Shown here in pieces: positions 23,501 through 35,200 of a stretch of DNA of 64,000 nt. Both the position numbers and the translations under genes were made by a program. How positions within the stretch are numbered: the first letter of the stretch is position 1; every line of letters starts with the position of its first letter. Under the pieces are notes generated by a model, which worked only from the letters and a program-made list of their open reading frames with translations, had not been told where the DNA came from and ran no database searches. The DNA comes from Fimbriosthenelais zetlandica (lineage: Eukaryota). The stretch covers positions 42,284,001 to 42,348,000 of the forward strand of contig OZ365111.1 of the NCBI GenBank assembly GCA_977030845.1, given 5' to 3'.

Positions 23501-26171
23501 TCAAAACCAGTCTTTTTAATACATCTAGAAGGTATCTGACATAATGTATACAATAAAGCAAATGAGACGCTTGCACAAGAAAGACACAAGTCTGCTAAAG
23601 CTTTTGGTTAGAGCATCAAGAATAGACAAGAACATTTACATTTCAACTGTACAATCAAAGAGTAACATTTTAAAATAGGAGAAAAAGTCTGAACCCGTTT
23701 TTTGTTTCGGTCGGTAACCCACAACAAAATAGAATCAATGAAACATGGATAAAAACTAGAATCCGATGAATTCCTCAAAAAGTTTTGAACCGTTTTGGTT
23801 AAAATGTTAAGCACTAGTATGACGCAACTACAAACTAGTATGCAAATTCCTAAGCTGGAATCTAAAAATGTCAAAAAAATTAAGCATAGTAATAAGCACT
23901 GGGTTGGTTTCAACATAAGCACAATTTTGAACTTTTTTAAAAAATGTGCATTTGCACACTAAACCACCAAGTAAAATATATCGAATATCTAAGATTTCTG
24001 TACACAAATAAGCACCCCTCGGTCTGGTGGACAGGTTAATTAAATAAATGAGCGTTCCATCTATTTCTAGGACAACAACAATTACATACATAATGTGCAT
24101 TGTATCAGTATCTCAAATATTAAAGCATTCAAAACATTCATGTCTAAACATGCATCTTAACAAAATGGACTCGTCTGATTTAACACCCAATAGTTGTTTA
24201 AATCAAACACACTGGAGTGGTATTCAAAAGAGGAGGTTTGTTCCCAAGATATTTTTTTTTACAAAGTTTATCAAAAATAATCTTTAAATACTCGCAGATG
24301 GAAACACTGATGTTTGTTATTTAAACTGGTGAATACTCGTATTCGTGGCAGGACTATTTTTTTGAATGATGGTTGGGAAGAAATGGGGAGTCCCTCCACA
24401 CCTGGTCAGGTACGTGTTTGAATGTGAAGACCACCTTTAGGGGTCAAGGAACAGGTGGGGTGGTGTAGGTGGACATTAGACTGGACATTGTCCACGCTCA
24501 GATGACCAGAGACTGACCATAAAGGTACAGATCTAGGTTTTTAGGTTGAGGAGTGATGAAAGAAGGACAATATTTTGACCTCGGTCATTTTGGGGGGAGT
24601 GATCCATTTATGGTACACGGGCCTTGGGGGCCTCCCTGGTGTCCCACCTCCCTCCCTAACCACTACCTCTCCACTCCTCCCCTCAGTCACCAAAAGGAAA
24701 ACAACCAAGCATTTGAATCCCAACATATCCCCACAAGCCATTCAAATTGACCAATTAATTTCTATCGAAGAAAACATTAAAAATTCGGGGCAAAAATATT
24801 GAATTTACACAATTTTTACACCGATTTCCAGAATAGTATTTCTTGAGTGGACATGGGGAGGGCATAGCAGGTGGTGAGTGGTTGAGAGGGAGGTAATAGT
24901 GGACGGTGGTCAAGCTTACAGTTGTTCCCCACCACCTCACCAGGTGTCGCGTCTGATCAGATGTTCCCCCACAAGCTGTTGTTCACATTCATGTGTTACA
25001 AGACCAGATCGCCACCTAAAAGACAAGCCGCCATCTTGTTCTCAACTCGCCTTCTCCCCATCTCTTCCCCCATATATACATGTACACCTACTCGGTCAAA
25101 TAATACCTACAAACTAAGTCTGATTGTATCCAGTGAGACCTAAGATTTTTTTACGAGGCCATGCACCTTTGATGTGGTATATACACTTCACGCCGTGCTC
25201 GTTCATAAATCCATGCTATTTGGATTTGATGGCATTCTGTAATTATCAATTCATTTAATTATCACTTACTTAGAAACCTTTGGTATAGTTACAGGCCCCG
25301 GTCCTGTGATAGGGAGAGGGAAGCCTATTTGAGGTATATATGTCCATTTTGGTTACATTGGATTTTCAGTAGTACTTTCTATGGCAACAATCACTGGAAT
25401 GATTGTAGCAGCAATAGATAAGAATAGCGAGGTAAAGCGGCAGATTATTACAAGCCTATATCAAATAGTTCAAGGCTCTAATTCACATCAACATTATGAA
25501 ACACCTTTCAAAATTACATTTCATAATGTCAAAGATTCATAAATACGTTGGACTCAAAATTAATACATCTCAGCAGAGAGGACACAAGACTTCTCTCTGA
25601 AGTTTCAACAAAATATCTTTTTTTTGTTCCTATCTCCCGAGGTCGCGTTTAACACTTGTAAGAATGAGTCAGTTTTGCTTGTGCATGCCTTACAATAGAA
25701 TATGCTTAGCTTTTGATATGGACAGAGGTTGAACACTATTGAAGGAAAATGCACTTCTTTGAAGCCTTTTTTTCCCAAAAGGCAATTTAAAGCCCCTCCA
25801 GTGGGTTGTAATCCAGTCATTTTCTGAAACATGTTAGCACTATTTATATATTTTCAGTGAATATTTCCACGTTCCTGGTATATATTTTACCCAGTATCTT
25901 ATAGGATCCAATGATCCAGAGATCAAGTAGCGTTAATACAGATTAATGGTTTAATCTGTATTAATCACGTGTGTGAATAATATCCATTATTATATAAGCA
26001 CATGTCGGTATATTATGTCGTGACTGTAGGATGAGGAAAGCTTACAATAATCCTCTATATTTAGTGGATTCCCATCTTGGAGTGTTCATTTTTTTCAGTT
26101 TTAGGGAACGTTTTTTCCTTCAAAAATCAGATATTCCTCATGTTCCCCGATGTTCCGGTGCTGTAAGCATA

Positions 26172-27671
26172 TCAACTGTTGTAAAGCATGCATCGTAGTT
26201 TAGCTGTTTCATTTTTCAAGGCAGCAACTTCGACCCTCAGTTTTAGATTCTCCTGTTCGAGGAAGGCGGCACGGATGGCGATTTCATCCTCCTTGGCGCG
26301 TCGCGAGTCTCGCGATCGCTTCGCGGCCTCGTTGTTTTTTCGCCGTCGTTCCCAGTACGCCTCGTCTTTCTGTTCGTCGGGGAGCGTGCGACCACGTTTA
26401 CGACCCGGCGTCAAGGATCCGGACATCTCTCCTGACATCTCTCCTGACATCTCTCCTGACATCTCTCCCGTGCCTGACCCAGGTGATAGATTAGATGTAG
26501 TCGCTTCACCGTTCCCAGTGCCAGTCGTGGGACCGGACGCTGTTTGGGCGCCATTAGGGGATGTGGGTATGGGCGTGGTACAGGCAGTATTGGGGGAGGA
26601 GGATGTAGATCGAGCTGTGGTAGAAGCTTCTGATATCGTACTTTTACCTGACGGACTTGGCTGCGATGGCACAGAATGGCTGTTACTATGAGGATGCAGT
26701 TGCTGCTGTTGCAACTCCCTCAGCTGTTCCTGCTGTTGCTGTTGGAGATTATGTAATTGTTGTTTTTGATGAAGCTCTATTTGTTTTTGAAGCTGCTCGA
26801 TCTGTGTCTGTTGTTCAGGCTGGGTCGCCTTGCCACCTTTGGAAGATTTGCCCTGTTCTTGTTGTAAGCGCATCACATAGTTCCTGTATTGGTTGAATAC
26901 TTCTTCAGAGCTCATATTCATGGCCTGGGCAGTCACTGTGTCAATGGAAGGGAAGGGCAACATACCGGGAATACCATAGAAACCCAGGGGAAGAGAGAGG
27001 GGATCCTTGGGGTAAGCTTTGAATGGACGGGCGTTAGATTTGTTCCCACTTTGAGGTATAGGAGGATTTGGAACTTGCGGTATCCGTCTAGGATCCATAT
27101 AGGCGGACATAGAGGCAAAGAGGGCATGGTTGGGGATGAGTCCAGGCATGGCTGCCCCCGCGGCCCCGGGAAGAACCCCGGGGATGGCCGTGGGAGGCTC
27201 CCCTATCATTTTATTTAACCCATTCCTCCCTGAATCCGAGGGTTCACCCGTGGACGACCCATCGCCGTTATCAGAGTGGGGTTTCCCGTCACTGGACGGC
27301 GATGTACAAAGGTTACCACTGGTGTTAGCGGAGGTGGAACAGTCCATGGGTTCGCTTTTACACCTCTCCCTCATGCCATCTTTACTGTCATCCGATCCAC
27401 CATCACTCAACCTGTTACGAGATTTCATGGAAAAATCTAAAGGAGCCTCCGCATTGCTATCACTGTCCGATCCAGAACCTCCGTGAAATCCGTTTTGCAC
27501 TGGAGGTGATGTCCTAGCCAGTGGACTGGTGGTAGAGGTGGGGAGAGGGGTGTCGTCCCCACTCCCTCCTCCCCCTGCTCCTCCTCCCATGGGACTTCCC
27601 GGCTCGGACTTGATGGTAGCCGGTGAGTGGCGGCGTTCTCCCGGTTGGGATGAGCTTGACCGCTCGGACAT
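26172..27671 (-). CDS. gt: Giant-like (PAR-related) bZIP transcription factor, single coding exon, 499 aa
   Basis: C-terminal b[61 protein letters not shown]; the [12 protein letters not shown] segment and the internal [11 protein letters not shown] motif (27000-27029) match what I recall of insect Giant. Also PLDFS (CtBP-type motif, 27429-27443), IKSE (SUMO consensus, 27603-27614) and a Q-rich tract. The ORF track starts at a GTG (27695); the first in-frame ATG is at 27671 in good context (GCCATGT) with an in-frame TGA upstream. bZIP family is certain; giant orthology is likely but needs a tree. Confidence 0.9.
   Translation of the reverse strand: MSERSSSSQPGERRHSPATIKSEPGSPMGGGAGGGGSGDDTPLPTSTTSPLARTSPPVQNGFHGGSGSDSDSNAEAPLDFSMKSRNRLSDGGSDDSKDGMRERCKSEPMDCSTSANTSGNLCTSPSSDGKPHSDNGDGSSTGEPSDSGRNGLNKMIGEPPTAIPGVLPGAAGAAMPGLIPNHALFASMSAYMDPRRIPQVPNPPIPQSGNKSNARPFKAYPKDPLSLPLGFYGIPGMLPFPSIDTVTAQAMNMSSEEVFNQYRNYVMRLQQEQGKSSKGGKATQPEQQTQIEQLQKQIELHQKQQLHNLQQQQQEQLRELQQQQLHPHSNSHSVPSQPSPSGKSTISEASTTARSTSSSPNTACTTPIPTSPNGAQTASGPTTGTGNGEATTSNLSPGSGTGEMSGEMSGEMSGEMSGSLTPGRKRGRTLPDEQKDEAYWERRRKNNEAAKRSRDSRRAKEDEIAIRAAFLEQENLKLRVEVAALKNETAKLRCMLYNS
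26422..26469 (-). repeat. Coding 12-bp tandem repeat, (GEMS)x4
   Basis: GACATCTCTCCT x4 on + (last base of the fourth unit differs). Confidence 0.95.
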
Positions 27672-27803
27672 GGCCTGGTGTCCCACGATGACCACACCTT
27701 TATGGCGATCTCTACTGACTGTAGTGGTCAGTCACGGTCGTATCCCCCCGTACGGTGTTAGCCAGTCCTGCCAGTGCGATTTAGTGTTCAACCACTCGCA
27801 GAT
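27672..27803 (-). other. 5' UTR part of the coding exon, preceded by a splice acceptor
   Basis: Minus strand reads ...atgtatttttctatcacag|ATCTGCG (pyrimidine tract + CAG). No ATG between the acceptor and 27671. Confidence 0.7.
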
Positions 27804-30800
27804 CTGTGATAGAAAAATACATATTTTTTTTTACTTGAAAGTAATTAAAATTTCTTTCATTACAGAACCATGTTCAACTATGTAACCATCGCTCGAACAT
27901 AACCTAAAAAATATAATTTTCAAAAGCAATATCGAAGAACTGTAAAATTTACAATGGATTTGAATTAAAATAGTAACATTCTACAAAAGAGACGTACATA
28001 TAGAGCTTTGTGTGATCACTGATATACATCTATTTAAAACATTATTTATGTAGATTACATTGATACATGTGATATCAAACTATAAACTATATAGGACTAT
28101 AAATAACTGGCGATATTTGACGATATTTTTAATTTCTGAGAGCAAAAATGACTGAGCAGAAATCGATATGATTGAATGACATATGTCATGGAAATATGAA
28201 TATTGCCGACTAATCATTAGTCATTGGGCATGTCCATTTAGTAGTTAATGCTATTATGTGAAACATAGCAATTATGTATGGCGCTTCATTAGAGGAACAT
28301 CAATGGAAAACATCAAAATTAAAAACCCGACTAATGTGTATGTAATAGTTCCTGCAACACATTAGTCATTTAACCATTCAATACAGACCATACTGGCAAA
28401 CATGTATATGACAGTAATCGCCCTGAGTTCAGAAATGTGTTCAGTTATATTTTAATTGAATAATTTAATGAGACAATATCGATCCAAAAAATTCTTGGAA
28501 CTGCAACTGTCTGCATACTAATTACATAAGTTCTGTGGATATACAGTAATACCTGCATTTAAGTGAACACGTGTGATTAAAGAACGCCTGATTAATGAAT
28601 TCAATACTGATCCCTCTGTAGAATGAACACTTCGATCGGGGACTGGGCAATAATATTGTGTTCATTACATTGAAGTGTTTACTAATAAGGATGACGCTCA
28701 AGAACTTGGGAATGTGAAAAAATATTCACCTTTTCTTAATCCAAGGTGGTCGTTAATTTTTAAATTTACGGTACAGATTATAGCGTATGTAATTAGTTTA
28801 ATATGGCCGTACAACTCTTGAGAATGTAATGTATTCATCAGGTTTTACCTTGAACTATAAATAAAGCCAGACAATAGACTGTGGCCAGGATATGTTTTTA
28901 TAGTTCTGGGAAATGTTGCGTCAGCACAAGTCACTAGTCAGTGCTTGAATCATACCAGGTTACTACACATTATCCCACCCACGATTACACACTCACTCAC
29001 TCAAACACAGAGAAGGCAGGCGGGACTTGAGATTGAGAAAATAGGTTAGATCACGTCTGAGAGAAGCGTCTGAATGACGTAATGGCCACGCAATGAAATG
29101 CCATCCGTAAACATTATATACCGCAAAAATGTTTTCTTCAAATATAATAGACCAGATCTGTAAATATTGATCAATTTTTCCAAAGGATTCACAGATGAGG
29201 ATTATATTTCCAAAAGCAATACCAGGTATTAAAACAACCTCTCAGAATACGATTACTAAATAAAAATAAAATTATGTTACAAGTTTTACCAAGGATACAA
29301 TCATAAAAAAATCTTAAGAAGCATGACATAATTTACTGGCAATAATTTCTTGAATATTTCTAATTTAATTTAGAGAAATGCAATGAATAGACTTCATCAC
29401 ACTTAAAACAATGCCATTGCATAATAGCAGGGAAGATGGCCGGGGTCCGACATACTTCACAACAAATTAAATGGCATATTTACAAACCATTGGTATGTCT
29501 AAGGGAAATCCTGCACTCGTTTTATTTTAGAACCATGAGGAAGGGTTTTGGAACAAAGAGGCAGAGGTACTCAATTTTAAGCGATTGAACTTGATAACCT
29601 TTGAGTAGGGTTAGTGGGGGCCTCCTACAGCTAGTATCTGACCTATACAATACGCACCCAAATATACCCATAGACTATACCATACAGATCGGGGTGCACA
29701 CCGGCCATGAACAAAAATACAGCAAAACCTCCTAATAATGACAGCGGTCTGACCACTTAGGGGTTGGAGGTGTACCCTAATCATAGAAACAAGGGACTGT
29801 GAAAAATTATTCACTGTTCAGAGGTTCATTAATGGAGGTTTTACAGTATACAAAAGGATGTTTATATTGGTGCTAATGGACTGTGATTGTATCTTTATTT
29901 TACAAACAAATTAGTCAAAAAATAGACATAGTAGGTTGTTAGTGACCGAGTCAGAGTGCACTCCCGTGCGTGGCATCAAGAGTGATCATTTTAGAGTGCA
30001 AAATAGGGGCAGTTCCCGGTCACCATTTTCTCTGCATGCCGGTGGGCGAGCGTTTTTAACCGCTTTAATATAGAAATGCTAGATCTAAGATAATGAATTG
30101 TCTATTAACTGATCTTGAAAAGGAATTCTTAATAAAGTTAAGGTATGGCACTTTGGTAAGTGGCAAGGTATTTTTTTGAGTTATTTTTGTAAATATGTGT
30201 GTTAAGTGCCACTGAATCTACTGGAATGATCAAATGAGTAAGAGGAATATTGAAAAGGTCTAAATGCTTACATTTGAATTCTTATAGTTCGGAATAAAGT
30301 AATATTCTTACTGAAATATCCCTATATTTTTTGTGAATATAAAGTAAACAGTCATACTTGTAATTACAAAATGAGTAAACATGTTTACACAAAAAAACAA
30401 TTTTCTTTCAAAATGATATTTCAGATGATAGATATCATCAAAACTGTTTTTTTAAGCAGATTCCTAATGCTGGTATATGATGGAAAAAGTGTGACACCAG
30501 CACCTGACCGGGCAGTGCATGACTTTGGTAGCCTTGGGTCAATGACCAAACATAGACAAAATAATCTTGACCAGAAAGAAACACTTTGGTACAAATTGAG
30601 GAGGGACATATAGTGCTTGGCTTGCTGTCAGTATTGGATCGCAGTAGGTAGGCTAGGATATTATAAATATCTAAGTATTTCTAAAATCATAGTCAATTTT
30701 AGGATGTATAAAGATTGGTACCATGTAAATAGTTGGGAATATACACAACTGTCCACGCGTCAAGGCTTAATCCCAGGTCCGGAATATACGATAAGTGATC

Positions 30801-31184
30801 CCTAATGAATGAGCGTGCTTCCACCACCCGCGTCTAAACACAGTCTGGTAATATCTCCAATCACTGAGTACGTGTCCATTTAATGGATTACAGGTATTTA
30901 TGTAATGTTACCGTCCACGTATATCACACGGGTGTGTTACGCCATATTTATTCACCTCAACGACCCGAGATGACCAGTACTCACGGCGTTCACTCTAGTA
31001 CTGACGGTATTAGCAGAGTGGTAGACAGGCGTGTGTGCTATGGGTCGGTGGGGAGTTCACTCAGAGGCTAGACCCACTCACTCTCTCTCCCTCCCACCTC
31101 TTCCCCTCTCTCCCTCCTAAATGCACTGGGAGCAGGCAACCAAAACATAACAACCAAGCCAGCCCTCCCCGCTTTAGTCCGTAC
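27804..31184 (-). other. Predicted 5' UTR intron (about 3.4 kb)
   Basis: Good acceptor at 27804/27805. Candidate donor CAAG|GTACGG at 31184; an alternative donor AGA|GTGAGT at 31081 is equally possible. Confidence 0.45.
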
Positions 31185-31275
31185 CTTGTGTACGGGGGTG
31201 TAAAACCCACTGCCCAGTCTGTCAGTCGGTCACTGGTTCAGGGACGCCGGTCCAGCGTTCCTTCCTTCATATTTT
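31185..31275 (-). other. Predicted non-coding first exon
   Basis: Lies between an Inr-like TCA (A at 31275), 29 nt downstream of a TATA-like TATATT (31299-31304), and the donor at 31184. No transcript evidence. Confidence 0.4.
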
Positions 31276-31650
31276 GACAGATGACAGTTAATCTTGGGAA
31301 TATATCACGCTTTCCCTCTCCTCTCCTCTCCTAACCCCCAGCCTCTCACACACCGATGACGTCCACCCAATGATTATATGCAAATCATGTGCAAATTCAC
31401 GTAATCCCAAATTAGCTAACCTCACGGACCAACCACAGCCCCCCTTACTCAGCCTCGGTCAAATCCATATTACCCATTGTAAGGTTGGCGCTGATTGGCT
31501 AGGGGAAGTTTCCTGGGTTGCGTAAGGACATTGGGATTGCTGGATGGGGAAAAGGCCAAAAGGTGAAAGCCTCGCTCTCGTTCTATCCAACGACCTCCTT
31601 ACATGAATTGACCTACACTTTAACCGAGTTTCTGCTATTGCGCAACACTT
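31276..31650 (-). promoter_or_regulatory. Candidate proximal promoter of the giant-like gene
   Basis: TATA-like element 31299-31304, TGACGTC 31357-31363, octamer ATGCAAAT 31378-31385, CCAAT (ATTGG) within 31491-31500, bZIP-type sites at 31396-31405, 31518-31525 and 31638-31645. Confidence 0.55.
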
Positions 31651-31962
31651 GAAGCCAAACGAAAAAACACCAGACCCACTAAACCAGTTCCCCGATTCCG
31701 CGGACGAGTGGGGAATAGATACTAAGGTCAGACACTGATAGGGAAAATCGATATGGAGTGAATTTAGATGGCTGGGGAAGAGAGAAGTAGGGAAGAGGTG
31801 TTTTCATGGTACATTAATGAAGGGAGAGGGAGAGGGAGAGGGGAAAGGGATGCTGGTTAGCAGAAGCAGACGAACTGATGCTGACCCACAGCAATCAGAC
31901 ACTGCTCTCCCCTACTACATCACGACATAGTCACCACTAACGCGGACAGGTCTTTACATATA

Positions 31963-32295
31963 CAGTAAACCTCCATTAGTAAAAAAAAAACAAAAAAACC
32001 TCACTATAGCGAACTCCACCACCAGTGTCAGATCCAGGAATTTGGAGGGGGTTGGGGATCTGGATAATTCACAGACTTGTGCCCCCATCCCCATTTCGAT
32101 TTGAGCGACAAAAAATGATCTCAGGTAGAGGATACGGGGCGGGGGCGGGGGGGGGGGGGTTAAAACCCCCTACCCTCCCCACAAGTAGGCCTACTTGAAG
32201 TATCGTATACGTACTCTGATTAGAGAACGCCTCTATTATAATGAACGCTTTTTTCAGTCCATATATACAGTGGTCAGTATATAGGTGTTTTACTG
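31963..32295. mobile_element. Tc1/mariner-pogo-like MITE relic
   Basis: TA|CAGTAAAC... at 31961 and ...TTTACTG|TA at 32289-32297: short CAGT-starting inverted ends with a TA duplication. Confidence 0.5.
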
Positions 32296-35200
32296 TACCT
32301 AAACAGGATCAATTCTTTCTCTGTAGCCAAGGCTCTAGGTCTACCTCACCTAGAATTGCGACATATCTAACCCTATTACATACCGTGGTTTTAATGACGG
32401 TTCGACATTCCTGTTCCTGGTACATTTTCTCTGATCTTATCCCCTAAACTGACTGGGGTTTTTCTCGGTGCAATTTTTACGGCCGCACCTTTCCACCCCA
32501 CATAGTGAAATAGGGGTGAAGGGGGAGGCATACAGTAGTCAGGGAAGAGAGGCTAGCTATTTACCATCAAGCCAAATGGTCACAGACCAAAATAGCTCGA
32601 GGTGGAACTGCGGCCAATAACTTGTGGGATTCCAATATTTATAACCTTTTCCCCCTACTCCTCTTTATAGAAATTGTTGCATGTATATCCATGTATAAAA
32701 AGAAGACAGCAGAATTGGAATAAAAGATCAGAATTAAAAATACTACCATTTTAAGGACGTATTTAAAGAAAGGATTTAAAAACAAATCGAATGGTTGTTC
32801 CAAGGTCCATTCAATTTGGAAAAAAAAACAAATTGCAATTGAGTTATTATATTTCAGATCCTCTCTCGCCTTTTAGTGGCATTGTCACTGAGGGGAAGTA
32901 TCCATTATTTATTATGCAATGGGCCCTCAGTGCCTGTTAATATAGGTGGATATTATGAAAGGCGCCTCTTGAATTACACCCATGGGATGAGGTAAGCTGT
33001 AACAGGTATGAATGTGTGTCGTACCGACCTCAGCCAGCCAGGCTTGTAAACATGTTATGAAAGCTTACATAACGTTATACTTTAAACAGGTCAGTTATAT
33101 AAGTGATTGTCCTGATCAGGACCGGCTCTTACCATTATATCAAGGATAGTCATTGATTACGTTGATTATACAAGCATAGGCGGTTCAATAGACTCTCCCT
33201 CCCCCAGCCTGAACCTCTCGTCCACCCCCACCCCCAGGAATCTACGAAATCCCCCCCAACCACCACAGACACGATTCGAAGCTACGACCACAAGAAACAC
33301 CCCCCCCCCCTCCTCCAGCCTTAAACCTCCTCGCATAGCCTCCCTCGCCCCCTCCCACCACCACACACGCCTCCCCCTCCCGCCATCAACGCACACATAC
33401 CTCCCCCGCTCCCCCGCCCCACCCCCGGTCTCCTTTTACTACCAGCGACCAGAATGACGTCATCCCGATCAACAGTACATAAGCGTCTAGTTCATGGTCA
33501 GCAGGGGTCAGCTAAGGTCACTCGGACGCCGGAAAAAGGCCACGTAATGCAGTGTGAGGTTTCTAATAGCCAGAGAGAATAGTGTACTGTACTAACTCAG
33601 ACCAGCAAAATATGTTTGTAAAATACTCACTTGCAAGAAAATTCATGGCCGATGAATTCTAGTTATTTAGATTTAAAATTTACCAGAAGCTATAGCTGCC
33701 AAGTTGGGTTTTTTTTTTTACAATTTTAACTGAGATTTATAATTATTTAAATATTACAGAGCGATAGGTGAAATAAGAAATGCTTTGTGGCTGACTTATA
33801 CATGCAGACAAGGAAAGAATAAACCGTTGGGCCTGTGGACGCGTTTCAAGAAATAAACGCAAGGAATGAACCTAACTAATCTTTATGAAACGGGCCCGTG
33901 AAGGGGGTCAAGTTGTGGGCAGGACCAGTGACCTTTATATTATGTAATTTTTGGGGCAGTGGAGGAGGTAGCGAACTGATAAAGTGAGCTTGAATTTCAT
34001 CTGGCGGTTCCTGCCTCTGAGAACTAACTACACATTTTAACTAAAACTCACCAAAATGCCATTAGTTTAATATGTTTATAACACCGCATTTACGAAAAAG
34101 TATTTCATAATGTGTGGAAAAAAAACCAATATTATAGGCTGCCTTTGGAACTACTTTACGGTAACTAAGGTTCCAAATTTTATGAAAAGTTTTTCTGATT
34201 TTTATCATAATATAGAAATCTATTTATTTCATAATCTAATCAACTAGATATACAATTCAAATATAGAGATTCATTTCCAGTACTAACATTAGACCCGTCC
34301 TGACAATTTTTATCGCCAATTTACAGGTATCCAGGCTGGCTTTTCTGGGTCAACATTCTTGTTTGCGCCATACCACCGGTTTATGGGAGTGAACTTGTTT
34401 GCCTTAGATAACCGTCTAACCTCTTAACTCCCCGGTATTATAAAATGGATGGTAAAACTTGCGCAATGTCTTATCGCTTCACAAACTGTATTCATGGATG
34501 TGTACTTTGTTCCATAATGTATAGGATACGGATCTATAAACTGTTACATTATGAAGATATGAGCGAGTGGGAGGGGACAATGGCATTCTTAGTTCCTGGG
34601 ATGCATTTCATAGCCTCCCCTTAGACAATATTATTATTATGAAACAATGCAATTGTATAGTAGAGAACAGGCCAATTGCATAATAAATATCAGGCCCATT
34701 ACATAATAGGTAACAGGCCCATTGCATAAAAGTTAACAGAGTAATAGATTATGAAACGCATGGACCAATTTAAAAAAAGCAGGATGAAAAATACATATTC
34801 AGCATGTACATGTAGTTCTGGCTCAAAATATCTCATGGATGTTAAATTAAAGGGTACACAAAATAGTGCAGACAATGTTTAAAATGTTGCAAAAATGATA
34901 AATCAGAAGGTATTTTAATTATGGCTATATCCGTATTAATTCGCTATTAAATAAAACCCGATTTAATGATAAAAATGATGTATATATCTAAAGTATAGTT
35001 ACCCAATATCCTCTTGCATGTGTGTGTGTTCTGACACGCAAAGTAAATGAGCCTGAATTGATTCAAATTTATGATCCTAACTAGCTATTAGTCAAAAAGA
35101 CAAAAATGATAAAATGGCCGTGGGCAGGAGGCGGAGTATTATGACATGCACGTGTTATATCGTGTCAGTATTGCATGAAGATAAAGGCGAGAATAGTTAC

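Noticed and set aside
21410-26171. Polyadenylation site of the giant-like mRNA
   Set aside because: No AATAAA seen close to the stop; ATTAAA variants and a distant AATAAA near 21410 cannot be chosen between without transcript data.
27672-27695. GTG start giving a 507-aa protein
   Set aside because: Eukaryotic gene; the first in-frame ATG (27671) has good Kozak context.
26188-27885. Plus-strand ORFs (167, 109, 118, 118 aa etc.) overlapping the bZIP gene
   Set aside because: Antisense shadows of a GC-rich coding exon; no recognisable domain.
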